A stretch of DNA of 64,000 nucleotides from a virus, in IMG/VR virus record IMGVR_UViG_3300002143_000172, positions 32,001 through 96,000 of that record; one strand, 5' to 3'. This document shows positions 55,335-64,000 of this stretch, one piece after another. The notes below the pieces were generated by a model that saw nothing but the letters and a program-made list of their open reading frames with translations, was not told the origin of the DNA and ran no database searches. Position 1 is the stretch's first letter. The number at the start of each line of letters is the position of its first letter. A program made the translations under genes and the position numbers.

Positions 55335-55369
55335 AATGAGTATTTATTTTCCAGTAATAGTGCGTATAT

Positions 55370-55924
55370 TTAATCTGATTTCCACAAGGTATTATTTTCT
55401 ACCATTTCTGCAACAACTCGAATTGGTTCATCAAAACACAATTGAAAATTTAATCGATGGGTTGAACTAGTATTAACTAAGTCATGCCAGCGTCTAGTAT
55501 TAAGCAAACATGGGCGCATATCTTCAAAGGTAGCGGTAGCAACTACGGGTCCTGCCTTTTCATCTCTAAAATATGTTGGGGGGTAATTATCAACTGGCCA
55601 TAGAGGAATACTCAGTACTGTTAGTCGTTTATTAACAACATCGTCAACATGAGTAACCACTGCAGAGCCAGGGGCGTGGCGTATAAATGCTGGCCAAGCC
55701 TGCAATTTTATATTTGTAAATAATCTCTTTACTCCGGGAGAAACAGTCTTGTGCCAGCCCTCCATCTTTCTTGGACCTAATATACCATTCCCGTCTCTTA
55801 TGTTACCCTTTTCACTAAAATAGTCCCAAAATTTCTCAACATTGAGTTCTGCCAGAATTCTTAAACTTTTACAATCTTCTTCATTAAGAATGTGTTCTTT
55901 AAATTGATAAAAATATGGTACCAT
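55370..55924 (-). CDS. 2OG-Fe(II) oxygenase-like protein
   Basis: THVD...LNTRRWH...R.NFQ. Confidence 0.6.
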   Translation of the reverse strand: MVPYFYQFKEHILNEEDCKSLRILAELNVEKFWDYFSEKGNIRDGNGILGPRKMEGWHKTVSPGVKRLFTNIKLQAWPAFIRHAPGSAVVTHVDDVVNKRLTVLSIPLWPVDNYPPTYFRDEKAGPVVATATFEDMRPCLLNTRRWHDLVNTSSTHRLNFQLCFDEPIRVVAEMVENNTLWKSD

Positions 55925-55925
55925 C

Positions 55926-56501
55926 TTAATTACTCCTTTCAATAAGTAATTTCTTTTTTCTTAACAAGTCTATAACCTCTTCCCACGGTTTATTTTCTGT
56001 TATCGGAGTCCTTGCTGAAAAACACCATCTGGGTTCAGCTCTCATTTCAATCGCATGTGGGATACCCGTTTGTACTACCGTAACTTTGTTACCTAAATGA
56101 TATCTTTCTATTTCAATTAATTTATCTTTATCCCATGACATATAAGGAGTCTTTGCAGAAGTATATGATATCTTGGTAACAGTAGTGGGAGTGTTATACC
56201 AAATCATTTCGCTACCGGTTCCTCCAAAACACCAATTTATGGCAAAATTTGTTAATGTCCACGGCTCTAGTTTTAAAATATCTATATGCGCCTGTTTAGT
56301 ACTCGCATGGGATCCTCGATAAAACATCATAAAGGAGGTTACTGGTAATCCTAATGATTTCATGTATTGACGCCATGCCGGACTGCTTACCTGGTCGGCT
56401 GGTTTTGTCCACACTCCAAATTCTCCCTGCGGCACAGGGAACTTAAAGTCGTCCTTAAAACATCCTTTTAGATCTATATCTAGAGTATACCAACATTTCA
56501 T
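55926..56501 (-). CDS. 2OG-Fe(II) oxygenase-like protein
   Basis: AHID...PH...RW..S.R. Confidence 0.55.
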   Translation of the reverse strand: MKCWYTLDIDLKGCFKDDFKFPVPQGEFGVWTKPADQVSSPAWRQYMKSLGLPVTSFMMFYRGSHASTKQAHIDILKLEPWTLTNFAINWCFGGTGSEMIWYNTPTTVTKISYTSAKTPYMSWDKDKLIEIERYHLGNKVTVVQTGIPHAIEMRAEPRWCFSARTPITENKPWEEVIDLLRKKKLLIERSN

Positions 56502-56956
56502 ATCAACATTTTTCCAACAATGACATCTTCATCTTCATATCCTAATCTATGTAAAATAGGGCGAAAATCTGGGTCTCCCTTAACATGCCAGGTAATCTTA
56601 TGAGCATACTTACGCATCTCTTGCTCAGAGTATTTAATTAATCTAACTCCAGTCATGCCCTGTCGATGATCTTTATCTAAAAATAGCACATCGTTTGCGG
56701 CAACAATAGTTTCTTTATAATGAATATGAGGTTTAACAAACCAAGCACTGTAACCAATTAACTTATTAGTTTCGTCGTCTCGTGCTGTTAACAGATAAAA
56801 ATTACCTGTTTTTTCCATCTTGTCATATAACTCCCAGTCGGGTGCTAGTTTAATTTTATCCCTGTGCAATGTTAGCTCTTTATAGTGGTCTTCTAGTAGT
56901 GGCTCCATTTCTGGTCTAACTAATAAAACCGGCTCGCATTGTAATTTTAACGCCAT
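56498..56956 (-). CDS. GNAT acetyltransferase
   Basis: NDVLFL..DHRQG..G..LI. Confidence 0.8.
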   Translation of the reverse strand: MALKLQCEPVLLVRPEMEPLLEDHYKELTLHRDKIKLAPDWELYDKMEKTGNFYLLTARDDETNKLIGYSAWFVKPHIHYKETIVAANDVLFLDKDHRQGMTGVRLIKYSEQEMRKYAHKITWHVKGDPDFRPILHRLGYEDEDVIVGKMLI

Positions 56957-56966
56957 TCCAAAATCC

Positions 56967-57932
56967 TCAAAAATTAAAAGTTGGTGGAAGATATCCTCTC
57001 TTCCAATCAGTGTCAATCCAGACTGCCTTATCGGTCTGTCGTTGCTCGGATGTTCGATAATGCCTCCATGAAGGCATTTTAATTTTTTCCGTTGTATAGA
57101 ATTCATCTTTGGTAAAATCAAAGATTTGATCTTTAATCACCTGCTTATACTTTCTGAAATCATATCCGGGCCATTTTATTTCAGCTGGGGTCGACACAGC
57201 ATAGTTATTCCAATCTGCTCCTGCTCCAAAGTGAAAAAGGTTTACATCTAATATCATGTTGGGGACTTCTAATAACCACATTAGTTGTTCGCTTTGATAA
57301 TTTAAAGTGTAGTCCATCCACCAAAAGAAATCCTTGACATTTTCTATAGATCGAGGGCAGGCCCTAATTAGTTTGGTAAACATTAATCTGCTATTAGAAT
57401 CTAACGAATTTAAAAATTCTGTAGTAGATTGCTTTAACTTTTCTTCGGGGATGGCCTGATAGATATTTGCTCCAAAGACAGGATCCATTAAGTGTCCGGT
57501 GACTACTATTCCGTTTTTAATTGCATCTTTTAACGGATTGTCTGTATAAAAATCCATATTGGTAGTCGTTAACTTGCCCTTAATATGTTTTTCGTAAAAG
57601 TCCGGGTATTCTTTAATACTGTTATCGTCCATCATTACAACTAATTGATCTCGAGGGGCATACTTTAATAGCTCTGATAGAACTAGTGTAGAATCAATGC
57701 CTCCGCTCCAGGTTACATAAATTTGTTTGTAACGGGCATTTTTTAAAATATTTTGAGTACTGTTATAACACAGCTCTGCAACAGTTTTAGGTTGTACTAA
57801 TTTTCCAATAGGAGTAATACATTCAATTTCAGGAATAGAAATCATTTCTCCTGTTCTATCGTAGACATTGTACATGTAGTCAGGAGTGACCATTGTTGGG
57901 GTATATCCTGCATGATGGAAATATTTTTTCAT
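56967..57932 (-). CDS. PP-loop / asparagine-synthase-like protein
   Basis: WSGGIDST, VTG...D. Confidence 0.65.
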   Translation of the reverse strand: MKKYFHHAGYTPTMVTPDYMYNVYDRTGEMISIPEIECITPIGKLVQPKTVAELCYNSTQNILKNARYKQIYVTWSGGIDSTLVLSELLKYAPRDQLVVMMDDNSIKEYPDFYEKHIKGKLTTTNMDFYTDNPLKDAIKNGIVVTGHLMDPVFGANIYQAIPEEKLKQSTTEFLNSLDSNSRLMFTKLIRACPRSIENVKDFFWWMDYTLNYQSEQLMWLLEVPNMILDVNLFHFGAGADWNNYAVSTPAEIKWPGYDFRKYKQVIKDQIFDFTKDEFYTTEKIKMPSWRHYRTSEQRQTDKAVWIDTDWKRGYLPPTFNF

Positions 57933-58120
57933 CTAACAATACCCAACTTTGCCAATTTCAATCTAATCTCTTCGGGGCTCTTTAAAGTGACCCTTTCTTC
58001 AACAGGGGGTTTCCAAGCAGGATATATCAGAGTTAGATTATATGTTTCAGGGGCTTCTGCCCCAACATGGAGATTATATTTAAAATCTTCTTTTTCAAGA
58101 TCTTCTAGGCGATTCAGCAT
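57929..58120 (-). CDS. Hypothetical protein
   Basis: Coupled small ORF. Confidence 0.5.
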   Translation of the reverse strand: MLNRLEDLEKEDFKYNLHVGAEAPETYNLTLIYPAWKPPVEERVTLKSPEEIRLKLAKLGIVR

Positions 58121-58850
58121 TGTTCTTAATTAACCTTATAAATGCTCCGCCTAAATCAAAATATCTCGGTTTGGTATTCCAACTGACTAGCTTTGGGTTG
58201 TCGTGATGTTCACGATGTATCCATTCACCTGCCATGGGAATGACGAATTCTAATAACCAAAGATTTCTTGCGGCAGAGGATTTTCCTTCTTCTAATTGAC
58301 CACGATGTGCAAATATAGTATGCACCCCACTAGTAACTAGATATAGTGTACTCGGTAATGCATACAAATATAAGAAGGGGTCGGCGCCAAATAGTGCCAT
58401 TAGGCAACCGTATGCGATGCTTAAAGTTAGTGAGTGGTTGATAAAGAAAATATGCATTTGATCACGCATCATGCGTAATTGAATTTTAGTGGCTTTAATA
58501 TTCCCCCTATCTGTAAATCTAAAGAAATGCCGCCAGTTAGCATCATATGGATCGTTAGTAGTATCACTAAACATATGATGATTAATATGTACTGTACTCC
58601 AGTGTACGGGAGCCGAATTAAGACTTATGCATCCTACTAGCCCAAAAAACCAATGCCAAAATCTACTACATTCAAATGCAGAATGTGTAAACAGTCTATG
58701 GTATCCTACTGTAACTGTAATCGCTATTGTGATATATAAAACAAAGGATATTAATAACCACATAGGATTATACGGTATATTAATCGCCCACAGAAATGTC
58801 GGAATAAACAACCATGCTCCCAAAGATCTATGCCAGGCTTTTGTTTTCAC
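58095..58850 (-). CDS. Membrane fatty acid desaturase
   Basis: HRLFTH, HINHH, HREHH. Confidence 0.85.
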   Translation of the reverse strand: MKTKAWHRSLGAWLFIPTFLWAINIPYNPMWLLISFVLYITIAITVTVGYHRLFTHSAFECSRFWHWFFGLVGCISLNSAPVHWSTVHINHHMFSDTTNDPYDANWRHFFRFTDRGNIKATKIQLRMMRDQMHIFFINHSLTLSIAYGCLMALFGADPFLYLYALPSTLYLVTSGVHTIFAHRGQLEEGKSSAARNLWLLEFVIPMAGEWIHREHHDNPKLVSWNTKPRYFDLGGAFIRLIKNNAESPRRS

Positions 58851-59350
58851 AGAAATACGACTCCATAAGCTGTAGAATTGTTCGAAGGGATCGCTTCAAC
58901 ATCTCCCGATCGTATACGAATCTGAGTCGGTCCTACAAATATTTTTCCTTTTATAATTAGAGATCCTCTAACTAAAAAAATATTTGTATTATTATCAATA
59001 ATAGTCGATTTACCGGGCTTAAATATTAAACTTCGTAATGTAGGTAATCCGTTTTTATTATATTGATGAGGGATACATAACCATTCGGTTGCAACTGGAA
59101 ATTTTAATTGTAAATGCCCACTTGAACTTGCATTTGCTCCTGCATGTTCTGCATTTAACCAGCCCGGAGTTCGATCGTCTAATTGTTCTCCTGTTTCGAG
59201 TACATGAACTTTAGCACACCCGGCAGTGTAATAATACCATCCAGTTTTTACTAATCCATCTTCACCTATAGGTACTACCCTTGCATCACCGGCGGCGGCC
59301 TGAGCAAGTATAACGACTTTACTAAATGCAGCATGTGGGGTAAATTTCAT
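58847..59350 (-). CDS. Hypothetical protein (cupin-like)
   Basis: Beta-rich ORF in operon. Confidence 0.5.
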   Translation of the reverse strand: MKFTPHAAFSKVVILAQAAAGDARVVPIGEDGLVKTGWYYYTAGCAKVHVLETGEQLDDRTPGWLNAEHAGANASSSGHLQLKFPVATEWLCIPHQYNKNGLPTLRSLIFKPGKSTIIDNNTNIFLVRGSLIIKGKIFVGPTQIRIRSGDVEAIPSNNSTAYGVVFL

Positions 59351-59811
59351 ACAGTTCCTTCAACCATCTCTTCAATAACTTCTTGAATTAATAATTTTAA
59401 TCTGACCCGTTCCTGCGCGGTGTCGGTTGCGGATACCTCAGGAGAAGATCGACCAATCAACGAATTTCGTGTGCTATCTGGTAAATTAATATCCCCAAAC
59501 TGTGATCTAGTAGAGTGTCCTGTAAAATTACTTGACGAATCAATTGTAGAAACCTCATGCACTGTATTAACTAAACTGCTATGATCAAATGAAGAGGGCG
59601 AGGTTGTTAATAATTCTCTTTCCCAATAGTCTTGCGGCGCCGAACATTTTAGTCTGTTTAAAATTGCCTCTTTATCTCCGCTAGCTAAGAATCTAGCATC
59701 AAGTTGTATGTTTAGTTTAATTGGAGTGCATTCAGATCTGTCTGGAATGTATTCTACTGAATATGAACCGTTTGAATTAAAGTTCAAAATATTCATTTTA
59801 AATGCAATCAT
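59347..59811 (-). CDS. Hypothetical protein
   Basis: ORF in operon. Confidence 0.55.
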   Translation of the reverse strand: MIAFKMNILNFNSNGSYSVEYIPDRSECTPIKLNIQLDARFLASGDKEAILNRLKCSAPQDYWERELLTTSPSSFDHSSLVNTVHEVSTIDSSSNFTGHSTRSQFGDINLPDSTRNSLIGRSSPEVSATDTAQERVRLKLLIQEVIEEMVEGTV

Positions 59812-59820
59812 ATGTTTCCT

Positions 59821-60381
59821 TTAGCCGTAATATTGTATAGAACATGTTATTGTTCCAGAAGTAGGATGGAATGTTGATGCAGACCACTTCCAGTATCGAG
59901 AAGTTCCTACAGTTGTAGAAGTCCCAGCCGATCTAATTCCCCCAACGCTGTATCCAGTTACTGACACTTGTTTAAAAGATAGATCGCTATTCGCAGGGGT
60001 AGTAGTTGACCCAAGTTCGAGATGCCAGTGACTAGTACCAGTATCATAATACAGAGCCTGTACTGACATAGTTCCACTAGGAGTTAAAAAAGACCCGCCG
60101 CTGATTGAACCGTATCCACTACCGTACCCGTATACAGACCCTTTTTTCTTGCCGCCTGTCGAAGACCCCACAGTTACCGTAAACGACAATGTCTTATTTC
60201 CCCAAGCCGAATAGTAGTCATGCAGGCTAGTTTGACCAGATGTAGCAATAGTAGTGTTTGGACTAATATTAGGAACATTTGACCCGCCTCGATATAAAGT
60301 ATTAATCGAAACCGGGTTTGAAGTTCCGAAGGCGTTTTTTAAATTAAGAAATGATATTGGTCCCGACGACGGTGTTGGCAT
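59821..60381 (-). CDS. Ser/Thr/Gly-rich probable virion fibre/decoration protein
   Basis: MPTPSSGPIS...LYRGG...SG..SL..Y N-terminal motif; late promoter. Confidence 0.55.
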   Translation of the reverse strand: MPTPSSGPISFLNLKNAFGTSNPVSINTLYRGGSNVPNISPNTTIATSGQTSLHDYYSAWGNKTLSFTVTVGSSTGGKKKGSVYGYGSGYGSISGGSFLTPSGTMSVQALYYDTGTSHWHLELGSTTTPANSDLSFKQVSVTGYSVGGIRSAGTSTTVGTSRYWKWSASTFHPTSGTITCSIQYYG

Positions 60382-60441
60382 AATAGTAGATCCTCACAAA
60401 AGTGTGTTTCTACTATTTAGTACCTTTTAAAACTAGGGAAA

Positions 60442-60765
60442 TTATTGAGAGCAGGTTCGGGTTCTTGTGATTGAACCGTCGGGATTTTGTGTTTCCATCC
60501 ATGGACTACAATTCTGTCCTTGTTGAACGACAATAGGAGGTTGTGGTTGCTGTACTACAATTGGTGGTTGCTGTACAACTACAGGGCGATTGTATATGTC
60601 GTAGATCACAGCGCCTGCTACCGCTCCCCCAATAAAAGGTGCCCAGCCCCAGCTGCCGCTGTGGCGTACCCAATGACCACCACGATATCCACCGTGTCCG
60701 TGATGTTGTGCCATTGCTGGAATTGCTATCGCTGATAGTAACAAAATTGCTAATATTTTTTTCAT
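60442..60765 (-). CDS. Secreted Gly/His/Gln-rich small protein
   Basis: Signal peptide, VVQQPP repeats, Cys pair. Confidence 0.65.
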   Translation of the reverse strand: MKKILAILLLSAIAIPAMAQHHGHGGYRGGHWVRHSGSWGWAPFIGGAVAGAVIYDIYNRPVVVQQPPIVVQQPQPPIVVQQGQNCSPWMETQNPDGSITRTRTCSQ

Positions 60766-60913
60766 TTTATTTCCCCTTGCGTTATATTATATAACGCATT
60801 AACCCTAAAAAAGTTGACAGAATCTCTAGGGCGTGTATATCCTCTGCCAAGACCATCAGCCTCTCACTGACTGCAACCTGCTATGCAAGTTTACCCCTAC
60901 AAGACTAACTTAT

Positions 60914-61201
60914 TTACTCGTCTTTGTCTAAATAAATTCCGTTACTATGGCGTAATCTTGCAATTTCCATATTTTGATGTTGTCGCTTTTCTTGCAAAGT
61001 TAGTTCTTTCCAAACTTTTCTAGGATTGCTACACATATAGCATTTTGGATTACCACAATTCATTGCATGATGCTTGGCAAATTTATGTGGCTCCAAAAAT
61101 GGTACTCCAGAAACTTTAGCAATCTTTACCTGTTTAGCAATAGCATTATCGTCGTTAAGTCTACGCTTGGAATTCTTAAATTTAGTGGTATCGTCACCCA
61201 T
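60914..61201 (-). CDS. Hypothetical basic Zn-binding protein
   Basis: CGNPKCYMCSNPRK. Confidence 0.65.
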   Translation of the reverse strand: MGDDTTKFKNSKRRLNDDNAIAKQVKIAKVSGVPFLEPHKFAKHHAMNCGNPKCYMCSNPRKVWKELTLQEKRQHQNMEIARLRHSNGIYLDKDE

Positions 61202-61244
61202 TCTCGTATCCTTTTTTTAAATATAACATCAAACTAGATTTATG

Positions 61245-62084
61245 TCAAGTCCTGCTTGGACGGAAAGTTCCAACCCATGTAGGGTTGCTTGGAGGACACC
61301 CGCCTGGCCAACTTACGGTAACATCCCCGTCATTTGGATTGTTTCCTGCATTTTTTGGACTTTGATTCCCGCCACACATAGAGAACCCTGCACCCTTCTT
61401 TTGATAAACAAAATTCACATGCCCGTAACTCCAGAGGGCAATATCTCCACATTGTGCTTGTTCATTTGGAATCTTGGTAGCGTTCCATTTACTAGTTTTA
61501 TCTCGTATGTCGTATGCCCATGCTGTTTGGACATATTTGTAGCCCGAAGACTTTAAGGCAAAATTAACAAAGCCCATGCACCATGCTGTTTGGTCAGTGG
61601 TCCATGCACCGGATGCTGGATAGCCTAAACTTTTCCAAATTCCAGTAATGTTAGGATTGCTAGGTTTGCCACCTTGGCCGCTTTCTCTCCACATACCCCT
61701 GCTTGCTTCGTCCAGGGTTTTAGTTAAGAACGAACAAACATCGGAAGAAGATGTAGTTTCAGAAATAATTCCAGTACCGGTTGACTCATCATTAGGTGTG
61801 CCCGGGTAATTAGGTTTAACTCCACCCTCGGCTGCGACCGCATTGTAAGATGCATCGGGATTCTCTATATAGCTACTAGTCTGTGTATTAATCGAACCTT
61901 GCACAGCTTCTGGAAGCTCAACCGACACACTCACACTAACACCTGCAAATGACGCACTTTCTCCGGGTGTCTGCCACAATGCCACTAGTACATTATTTGC
62001 ATAGACATTCGTTGCATGGTAAACATCACCAACTGCATTTAATCCACTATCTTTTTGGGCTCCGCCACCTGGTACATACGGCAT
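61245..62084 (-). CDS. CHAP/TIGR02594-like peptidoglycan hydrolase (possible baseplate hub component)
   Basis: TAWCMGFV, GHV, GGNQ. Confidence 0.75.
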   Translation of the reverse strand: MPYVPGGGAQKDSGLNAVGDVYHATNVYANNVLVALWQTPGESASFAGVSVSVSVELPEAVQGSINTQTSSYIENPDASYNAVAAEGGVKPNYPGTPNDESTGTGIISETTSSSDVCSFLTKTLDEASRGMWRESGQGGKPSNPNITGIWKSLGYPASGAWTTDQTAWCMGFVNFALKSSGYKYVQTAWAYDIRDKTSKWNATKIPNEQAQCGDIALWSYGHVNFVYQKKGAGFSMCGGNQSPKNAGNNPNDGDVTVSWPGGCPPSNPTWVGTFRPSRT

Positions 62085-62107
62085 ACTCTATCTCCTATAT
62101 ACTGTAT

Positions 62108-62395
62108 TTAACGCAATGCGATACCGGTAGTACCTTCTAAATATTGCTTCGATGCCTCGCCCTTGCTTTCTACAATAAAAAATGTATTAGATTTTCTAAG
62201 GGTAATATCCCCATCCTTTCCAAGGAACACCCACGGAATCATTCCTAGGCCCTGGCCGTTCATAGTTAGCGCCAGGGGGCGATTGACCGTAATTGTATCA
62301 GTATCTTCTCTTTCAAACTTAGCAATAATTTCATCACCATTGATTAGCTTGATACTTACTACATCTCCATTGGAGAAACCTTTATTAATTAACAT
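62108..62395 (-). CDS. Sm-like fold hypothetical protein
   Basis: VSIKLINGDEIIA. Confidence 0.55.
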   Translation of the reverse strand: MLINKGFSNGDVVSIKLINGDEIIAKFEREDTDTITVNRPLALTMNGQGLGMIPWVFLGKDGDITLRKSNTFFIVESKGEASKQYLEGTTGIALR

Positions 62396-62404
62396 TTTAT
62401 TCCT

Positions 62405-63265
62405 TTATTTTAAAGCTAGTTCTTTGCGGATTTTCGTAGCGGAGATCTGCGTGATGCTTTCATCAAAGGTTTCTTCGCCTGAAGTATATCCAACCCCTCG
62501 TCCCCAACCAATATGAACAATATTAGGTACTACTTGAATTTCATATTGCCCTTGATAAATCGGATCTAAGTCGCGCTTGATAAATGCTTTAACTTGCTCT
62601 ATGGCAAACGGATTAGATCCTTGCCAACCCTGAACATCTCGAATTTGAATAACGACTTGCCCAGTGCGAGCAATAAGTCGTTCAAACAGAGCACGATGTC
62701 CTTCATGCCACGGTTGCCACCGACCTAACATCTGCACTGTTTCTTTTTGCCAATCAAATGTAGGACGGCGGCGATTGTGTAAGATATGATCGCCGACTAG
62801 TTCTACCCACTTTCCTGCATCTTGTTCAGTAATACGGAAATCATAAACTTCGGGAGGAACAAATGCTTTGTTAGTGTCATCGAATCGACCCTCTTTGATA
62901 GTATCAATCCAGATTGTCCAATCGGCCTTAAAGTTGTTACGCATCTCAACTAACGGAGCAACAAAATCACAGATAACAAAATCCCCATTACATGCGATGG
63001 CAAAATCGAACATTCGAATACTTTGACGGATACGGCCTTCTTTGCTGAAGTCCCAATCGTTAAAACGCTTTCTTATTTCATCTGCGTTAAACCAGTCAAC
63101 TTTTGATTTATAGTACAACGGAACCATTTCCATTGTCGAGGCACGCCATAGCGGCATTGTTTCTACCGAGGAGTTTTCCTCGAGATATTTCTTAAGTCGT
63201 TCGGAAAAATATGTTTTCCCAGAACCGGGTAATCCCATTACTAATATTCTTTTTGTATGATTCAT
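62405..63265 (-). CDS. Adenylylsulfate-kinase-like domain fused to HIGH cytidyltransferase-like domain
   Basis: GLPGSGKT, NADEIR; GRWQPWHEGH. Confidence 0.8.
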   Translation of the reverse strand: MNHTKRILVMGLPGSGKTYFSERLKKYLEENSSVETMPLWRASTMEMVPLYYKSKVDWFNADEIRKRFNDWDFSKEGRIRQSIRMFDFAIACNGDFVICDFVAPLVEMRNNFKADWTIWIDTIKEGRFDDTNKAFVPPEVYDFRITEQDAGKWVELVGDHILHNRRRPTFDWQKETVQMLGRWQPWHEGHRALFERLIARTGQVVIQIRDVQGWQGSNPFAIEQVKAFIKRDLDPIYQGQYEIQVVPNIVHIGWGRGVGYTSGEETFDESITQISATKIRKELALK

Positions 63266-63672
63266 TTTTCTTCTTTCGTAGGTAGTTGGCAAAGTGCTTC
63301 TAACACTTTATAATGCTCGTAGGCTTTCTTTAATGCTTCAAAGTGTTCTAACTTTTCAGGATCGGGTACAAGTATAGCAAGACGCTTTTGTATATCTTCT
63401 AATGCCTTGGCAATGCTAACACCTTTAATCTTAACATCGCCGTCAAATTCTGCATCGCCACTAACTGTTAAACTTGATTGTATACCGGTAGTGGGATAAA
63501 TGTAGGGACTCGTGGTTCCCCAAGTATTACTAGAAATAGTAATATTTCCGTATTGTGGCGTCGTAAGGCAGTTACCAGTAGTAGTATACATTGACGAGAT
63601 GTCTAAAGTAACTGTGTCGTCTGGTGGAAACAGTGGAAATTCTAAATCAAGAGTATTTTTGCTATCATCCAT
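63262..63672 (-). CDS. Hypothetical protein
   Basis: ORF in operon. Confidence 0.6.
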   Translation of the reverse strand: MDDSKNTLDLEFPLFPPDDTVTLDISSMYTTTGNCLTTPQYGNITISSNTWGTTSPYIYPTTGIQSSLTVSGDAEFDGDVKIKGVSIAKALEDIQKRLAILVPDPEKLEHFEALKKAYEHYKVLEALCQLPTKEEK

Positions 63673-63889
63673 TTAAGTGTGCCCGTAGTTCAGTAAACCC
63701 ACCAATTAATGTTCCATCTAAGAAAATCTGTGGGACTGTTCTTGCTGTAGGGATAGCCTCTAACAATTCTTCTTTTGTATAGCCATCGCCTATTTTCTTT
63801 TCTTCAAATTCAATCCCCTTCTGTGTTAACAGGGCCTTTGCCTGATCACAATAGGGACAATGATACTTGGACCATATTATTGCTTTCAT
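63665..63889 (-). CDS. Glutaredoxin
   Basis: CPYC, TVPQIF, IGGF. Confidence 0.95.
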   Translation of the reverse strand: MKAIIWSKYHCPYCDQAKALLTQKGIEFEEKKIGDGYTKEELLEAIPTARTVPQIFLDGTLIGGFTELRAHLNG

Positions 63890-64000
63890 TTTAGCCTTCC
63901 TTTGCTTCTACTAGATAAACATCGCTCATTAAAACTTGTACAGAATGTTCGATGCTTTTAATTATTTGTTCGCTAACAACTTTGGTTGTAGTCTTACCGG

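Noticed and set aside
1-64000. Stop-codon reassignment, as in some jumbo phages
   Set aside because: Conserved proteins are full length in code 11 and end in TAA, TAG or TGA; no suppressor tRNA found
1-64000. CRISPR array, rRNA, integrase or transposase
   Set aside because: No regularly spaced repeat-spacer run or such motifs seen; the recurring TTCGAA motifs are tRNA T loops

Overview
This AT-rich window comes from a large lytic dsDNA phage (jumbo, T4-like late promoters TAAATA), probably infecting an aquatic proteobacterium. (1) 0.7-13.2 kb holds a minus-strand array of about 33 intact tRNA genes covering all 20 amino acids. The array also contains tRNA fragments and chimeras, a group I intron in tRNA-Leu(UAA), four HNH endonucleases, an RNA polymerase omega subunit and several unannotated structured RNAs. 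At its head are two sigma70 promoters, then a 43-codon leader ORF containing all 20 amino acids and 35 different codons, coupled to a mutually exclusive antiterminator/terminator. This looks like a pan-codon attenuator that would turn the tRNA array on when any tRNA becomes limiting, and it is the top finding. (2) 13-21 kb is a glycosyltransferase/methyltransferase island. (3) 21-29 kb is a CsgF-CsgG-curlin-FecR-CHASE2 cyclase module with an inserted pho-box pstS. (4) 29-52 kb carries host-takeover genes: heme oxygenase and bilin reductase, ClpS, Hsp20, a DNA MTase, a HemA dimerisation-like domain, bS21, ClpX, a desaturase, a porin, peroxiredoxin, a two-piece tmRNA and Csp. (5) 52-60 kb is an operon of modifying enzymes. 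(6) The window ends with a CHAP-like hydrolase, a kinase/nucleotidyltransferase and glutaredoxin. All calls come from reading the sequence by eye; no searches were run.
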